Positions 58,994 to 64,000 of a DNA stretch of 64,000 nucleotides are shown here, one piece after another. The translations under genes and the position numbers were made by a program. Location of the stretch: contig OZ024740.1 in the NCBI GenBank assembly GCA_964016885.1, positions 187,488,001 through 187,552,000 of the forward strand, written 5' to 3'. Source of the DNA: Eledone cirrhosa. Lineage: Eukaryota. Numbering within the stretch: position 1 is the stretch's first letter; every line of letters begins with the position of its first letter. Under the pieces are notes generated by a model. The model had not been told where the DNA came from. It did no database searches and saw nothing but the letters and a program-made list of their open reading frames with translations.

Positions 58994-59569
58994 GGCGGCG
59001 ATGAATTAGTTTTGCGAGGTTTTTTATATGAAATCGTGTGTCGAAACAGATATTGTTATATTTGGGAGGGTCATATTTGCGTAATATTGCCAGAATTAAT
59101 AACAGAACACACTCACTGTTTGGTTGGTTTTCGCTTCTCGCTGTCTTTTATATATATATATCTGCGATCTAACTTACTCGGTCCTCAATGTTGCCATTGA
59201 CTGACCGGCGGTCAAAAATAATACAGATACAATATAGACAAACACATATATATATAGTTTACATAAATCTTTCGTTGCACATCTGCAACATCGTCAGTGG
59301 TGTTATATTCATTGTTCCTCCTGTTGTGTTGTATGTCTACGCCATTTTTTTTGTTCAGTCTGTCTATATATTTATTTATTTATTTGCTTGTTTGTTTATC
59401 TTATTTTATTTTGTCTTCTTTGCGCATGCGTTTGCGTGTGTGTATAGTGTTATGTGTGATGTGTGACTAGTGTGGATAGTGTTGTGTCTGCTGGGTGACT
59501 GGTGTGTGTTTATGTGCTTGTGTATGTATTTATTTATCTTATTTTATTTAATTTAATTTACTTATTTAT

Positions 59570-62500
59570 TTATACTTCTCTTAGGTCAGTGTTGTTTGTT
59601 TGGGTGTTGTTGTTGTTCCACTCATTCTTTCTGTTTAGCTTTGGTCTTCTAATTTCTATTTCTATTTCACTGGCCTCTCTGATTTGCCTATCTGCTGGGT
59701 CATTCCTATGTTTAGATATTATTCTAATTTCTATGTTGTCTATGTTACCGTCATGATGTTGTCTAGCATGTTCGTATAGTACTGACCCGTTTTTTCGTCC
59801 TTTTAGTTCCCCCAGTGTTGGTCTATCCTTTCACCTATGCTACGAGCTGTCTCACCTATGTATGTTGTTGTCGTGTTTCTGCAAGTACCCTCTGTACATC
59901 TTATGCTATAGACTACGTTTCTAGTTTTACAGTTTATCCGGGGGTTCACCTTACATATGATACATTTCCTATTGGTACAGTGGGTTTTCTTAAAAGGGTA
60001 GGTTTTGCTGATCAGGGATTTTATGGTGGTTCCTGGCTTTTCTACCACCTTTATTTTTAAGTGGGTCTTTCTCAGGGCCTTTCTACACTGGTTAGCTAAT
60101 TTCCCTCCAGGGGTGGCGTCCACAAACATGACACTCTGATATCTCTGGTTGTCGTACCATGATGTGGCCTTCCCTATCTTATGTCTAGCCCTATCTAAGC
60201 TATTCCATGATTTGCTCCTGTATAGTGGGCAAATTCCTTTCATGTCCAGTTCTATGAGGGTCTTATACTTTTCCATGGCTCCTTCGTATACTCTGACTCT
60301 GTCTCTTTGGTTGTAGCCAGAGAACTGCATGCGGTTGATGAAGTGTTGGATGTGTCCTTCCATTTCTGTTGGGTCGCACATGCTGGACACATTCTTCATC
60401 ACTCGTACCAAATCTGCGATCAGAATATTAAACTTAGCACTACTGGACATTGCTGAGTTTTTGAGTATCAGGTATTTGGAGGCCATGGGTTTAGCATAGT
60501 GTGAGTGGAGAATTTGGGCTCTCTCGTCTATAGTGTTAATCCAGAGTTCTGTGTCTAATACAGGTAGTCTATTGTTAGGGTGTTTGGAAGGGAAGTCTAT
60601 AGTTACAGTTATACTCTGGTGTATGGAATTAGCTATCTGCTGGATGCTTTCCATCGTGCTACGTTCTAAATCAAACTTGTTAGTGCTCTCTAGTGGGGGT
60701 GTTCTTATAACTATATTGATATCGTCTACATAACGAGAGTACATGATGAGGTCTATGGAGCTTTCATTAAGGAGATCTTTAAGTCTCCTTTCCCACCATA
60801 CCATGAAAAGGTTGGCAACATCGCCAGCTATGCTGACGCCGATGGCTGCTCCCTCATTTTGGGTGTAGATTTTCTCATTGAACTTAAATATGTGGCCCTT
60901 TAGGGTAGTTTTGATACTAGCCCCTATTGCATGTGCGACCATTTTTCTTACCTGATCAGTGTTTTGGGGGGTCCGTATAGCTTTGGTCCACCCAATCCAC
61001 CTTCCTATGGGAGTCTTTTTAGCCATTGAGGTTATGGTGGGGGGTCTACCTCTTATAGGTCTACTAGGGCAGAAACATCTAAGGTCATGGCTGTCTAGGT
61101 AGTCAGTGTCGTAGGTAAGTCTAAGTAGGAGGCCCAGTTCGTCTGTGTCGACGTCGCAGAACTCCACCTCACTCTCAATGATCAACTCCACGCATCTTTT
61201 CACAGCAAAATCAATGTTAATGGATGGGTACAGTGACACCACATCCATGCTGCCTATTATGCAGTTGGATAGGCTCCTGTTTTTGTTGCACTCACTGATT
61301 CTGCTGAGGAGGTCCTCTGTACTTTCACATACATCTGGGGACATCTTGATTATGGGGCGTATAACCATTGAGAGGAAGTAGGAGATCCTGTAGTTGCTAG
61401 CTATATTAGCTCCGCATACAGGTCTTGTTGGTGGTCCTATTGTCGGGTCGTCGACTGTCTTGTGGTCTTTGCGGAGCCCATACAAGGGTGGTATGCCATT
61501 GTTAGACGCCTGGAAGTTGTTGGCAGTGCGTCTGCTTGGCTTTAGGATGTCAGTCCACATCATCATGTGAGCGTTGAGGATTTTTTCTCTCCCATCGTGT
61601 GTTAGTTGTGCAACTTCGCTCGTGTTGGTGATGTGGGGTTGCATTGCCTCGATGTAGTTCGGCATGCTATCTATTGACATCCTACCAGACTTATCTGTGG
61701 GTAGACACACTACCTCACCATCCCTTGTGCGCTGCTTGAGGCTAACCAAGCCTTCTACAGGTTTTATCCCAAGTTGTTGGGCCTCTGGTCTGCTCTGTCT
61801 CATAGTGTACCTGTCTACTACTTGTCTAATCTTATTTCTAGCTATGGTGAACTGTGCCTCCGTCTCGTCATCTATTTGTTGTGGTATGCAAACTCTTTTA
61901 TTAAAGGGTAACCTCGTAGGATAGATATTACCCATCTTATATGTTTTGTCAGCTGGGTTGAAAAATAGTTTCTCTAAGGGGTTGTCGTTATTTCTATCGT
62001 CATAGTTGTGTGTGTTGCTATTATTGTTATCATGGTGGTTGTTGTTGTTTCTATCCTTAGCATTAATATTATTATTGTTATGATTGCTAGATGTATTGTT
62101 GTTTACTTCACCGTTATTGTTGTTGTTACTGCTATTTCTACCATTGTGGTTGTTACTATTATTATGTTTCTTGTTTTTGTTGATGTTGCTACATGTACTA
62201 TTTCCATTATTACCACTGTGGTTATTGTTGTTGTTGTTGTTCGTATTGTTACCGTTATTACTACTGTGGTCACTGTTGCTGTGTCTGTGGTTAACGTTTC
62301 TATTATTATTATTATTGTGGTTGTTGTTGTTCTGTCTATCGCTAGTATTATTACCATTATCACTATTTCTCACTTTCCTGCCATTGTTATGGTTATGGCT
62401 GTTATTTCTATACCCAGAGTTATTGTTTATATTACTACTACCGTTATTATTGTTGTTGTTGTTTACCTTTGCATTCCAACGTATTTTTGTGAAACACTTT

Positions 62501-62902
62501 TCCAGCTCCGTTTTGCATTCCATAGGATTAATCTTTTTGTAGATGGCAAATTTTGGTGGTAACTTTAGGATTTGTTGTTCTTGTTCACTGATTAAAGTGT
62601 TCCCATAGATATTTACTGTGTGGTCATTGGTAAATTCTTCCGGTAGTTTTACATCACTCATACGGATGTTGTCGATGTTATCTGGGTATTTTTGAGAATA
62701 TTCGATTTTCCTTTCTTGTAGTTTTTTCTTATTCATCCATTCTAATTTCTTCTTGAAATGCCTACAGCATTCGTTTTGAGCATATTTCGTTTCGCGTCGG
62801 ATGACGCTCATGAAGTCATCTCTCTCGTTTGCTGTGATGAGATTTCGGATTTCCTTACCGTTGATGCGTTTTTGTCTGTAGAGTGCGTTGACTTTTGTCA
62901 AT
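59570..62902 (-). CDS. PLE3 RT + GIY-YIG polyprotein, 5'-truncated, with a 1-nt frameshift in a G run near 59810
   Basis: LKLPPKF, TDKSG, LYGLRKDHK..PTRPV, GSMDVVSLYPSI, Q.EGAAIG, YSRYVDD, LPVLD, HCTNRKCIIC..C..NVVY.I.C..YIGET. The complete C-terminus (..RQIREASEI..PKLNRKNEW) is seen in the inverted copy. Confidence 0.9.
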
Positions 62903-63561
62903 GGAAATGTATCATATGTAAGGTGAACCCCCGGATAAACTGTAAAACTAGAAACGTAGTCTATAGCATAAGATGTACAGAGGGTACTTGCAGAAACACG
63001 ACAACAACATACATAGGTGAGACAGCTCGTAGCATAGGTGAAAGGATAGACCAACACTGGGGGGAACTAAAAGGACGAAAAAACGGGTCAGTACTATACG
63101 AACATGCTAGACAACATCATGACGGTAACATAGACAACATAGAAATTAGAATAATATCTAAACATAGGAATGACCCAGCAGATAGGCAAATCAGAGAGGC
63201 CAGTGAAATAGAAATTAGAAGACCAAAGCTAAACAGAAAGAATGAGTGGAACAACAACAACACCCAAACAAACAACACTGACCTAAGAGAAGTATAAATA
63301 AATAAGTAAATTAAATTAAATAAAATAAGATAAATAAATACATACACAAGCACATAAACACACACCAGTCACCCAGCAGACACAACACTATCCACACTAG
63401 TCACACATCACACATAACACTATACACACACGCAAACGCATGCGCAAAGAAGACAAAATAAAATAAGATAAACAAACAAGCAAATAAATAAATAAATATA
63501 TAGACAGACTGAACAAAAAAATGGCGTAGACATACAACACAACAGGAGGAACAATGAATAT

Positions 63562-63625
63562 AACACCACTGACGATGTTGCAGATGTGCAACGAAAGATT
63601 TATGTAAACTATATATATATGTGTT
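63562..63625 (+). ncRNA. Hammerhead-like motif in the PLE3 pLTR (mirror copy at ~59245-59305, minus)
   Basis: CTGACGA-t-gttgca gatg tgcaac-GAAA-gatttatgtaaac-TA; stem I pairing is weak or displaced. Confidence 0.45.
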
Positions 63626-63791
63626 TGTCTATATTGTATCTGTATTATTTTTGACCGCCGGTCAGTCAATGGCAACATTGAGGACCGAGTAAGTTAGATC
63701 GCAGATATATATATATAAAAGACAGCGAGAAGCGAAAACCAACCAAACAGTGAGTGTGTTCTGTTATTAATTCTGGCAATATTACGCAAAT

Positions 63792-64000
63792 ATGACCCTC
63801 CCCAAATATAACAATATCTGTTTCGACACACGATTTCATATAAAAAACCTCGCAAAACTAATTCATCGCCGCTATGGCATTAGCTTGTGCCAAGCTGAAA
63901 GGTTATTGAAAGACACTGTTTTCTGTTATATAAAAACTACAATAACAACAGAACAAATCCGCTTCTTAAAACACTGTGTTTCCTCCAAAACATACACAAC
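63792..64000 (+). CDS. Start of the next PLE3 ORF (N-terminus), open at window end
   Basis: ATG at 63792: MTLPKYNNICFDTRFHIKNLAKLIHRRYGISLCQAERLLKDTVFCYIKTTITTEQIRFLKHCVSSKTYT. The ..IRFL..C motif resembles PLE N-termini. Confidence 0.65.
   Translation, partial: MTLPKYNNICFDTRFHIKNLAKLIHRRYGISLCQAERLLKDTVFCYIKTTITTEQIRFLKHCVSSKTYT

Larger units (their letters stand above)
58994..64000 (-). mobile_element. Penelope-like element 3: minus-strand body (62902 to 58994) plus an inverted ~970-bp copy of its 3' end (62903-63872) running into the next ORF start
   Basis: 58994-59969 is the reverse complement of 62903-63872 with only small indels; the 3' end abuts the (TA)n field. Confidence 0.9.

Noticed and set aside
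62008-62562. Hydrophobic Leu/Val/Ile-rich plus-strand ORFs resembling membrane proteins
   Set aside because: Antisense shadows of the poly-Asn tract.
62903-63057. N-terminal ~50 aa of the 1084-aa ORF
   Set aside because: Antisense read of the inverted pLTR, not the real N-terminus.

Overview
AT-rich eukaryotic non-coding DNA full of microsatellites. The SINE/LINE repertoire suggests a cephalopod, probably an octopus (inference). No host protein-coding gene could be supported. The window holds three Penelope-like retroelements (PLEs; RT plus C-terminal GIY-YIG) at about 16.7-21.0, 21.0-24.6 and 59.0-64.0 kb, each with an inverted segment at its 5' junction. It also holds two 5'-truncated RTE-clade LINEs, LINE fragments, tRNA-derived SINEs, nested non-autonomous Helitrons, MITEs, a 3-kb degenerate (TA)n field and an assembly gap. 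The main hidden signal is RNA-level. The ~471-bp tandem array at 35.5-38.4 kb carries a minimal type I hammerhead ribozyme (HHR) in every unit on the minus strand, ends in a PLE-style inversion and sits in (TA)n. This fits a retrozyme (non-coding circular-RNA retroelement) mobilised by PLE machinery. About nine further HHR-like motifs occur in PLE ends, in a second decayed ~334-bp retrozyme-like unit and in solo (TA)n-flanked cassettes. All folds were derived by eye and need covariance-model and biochemical confirmation.
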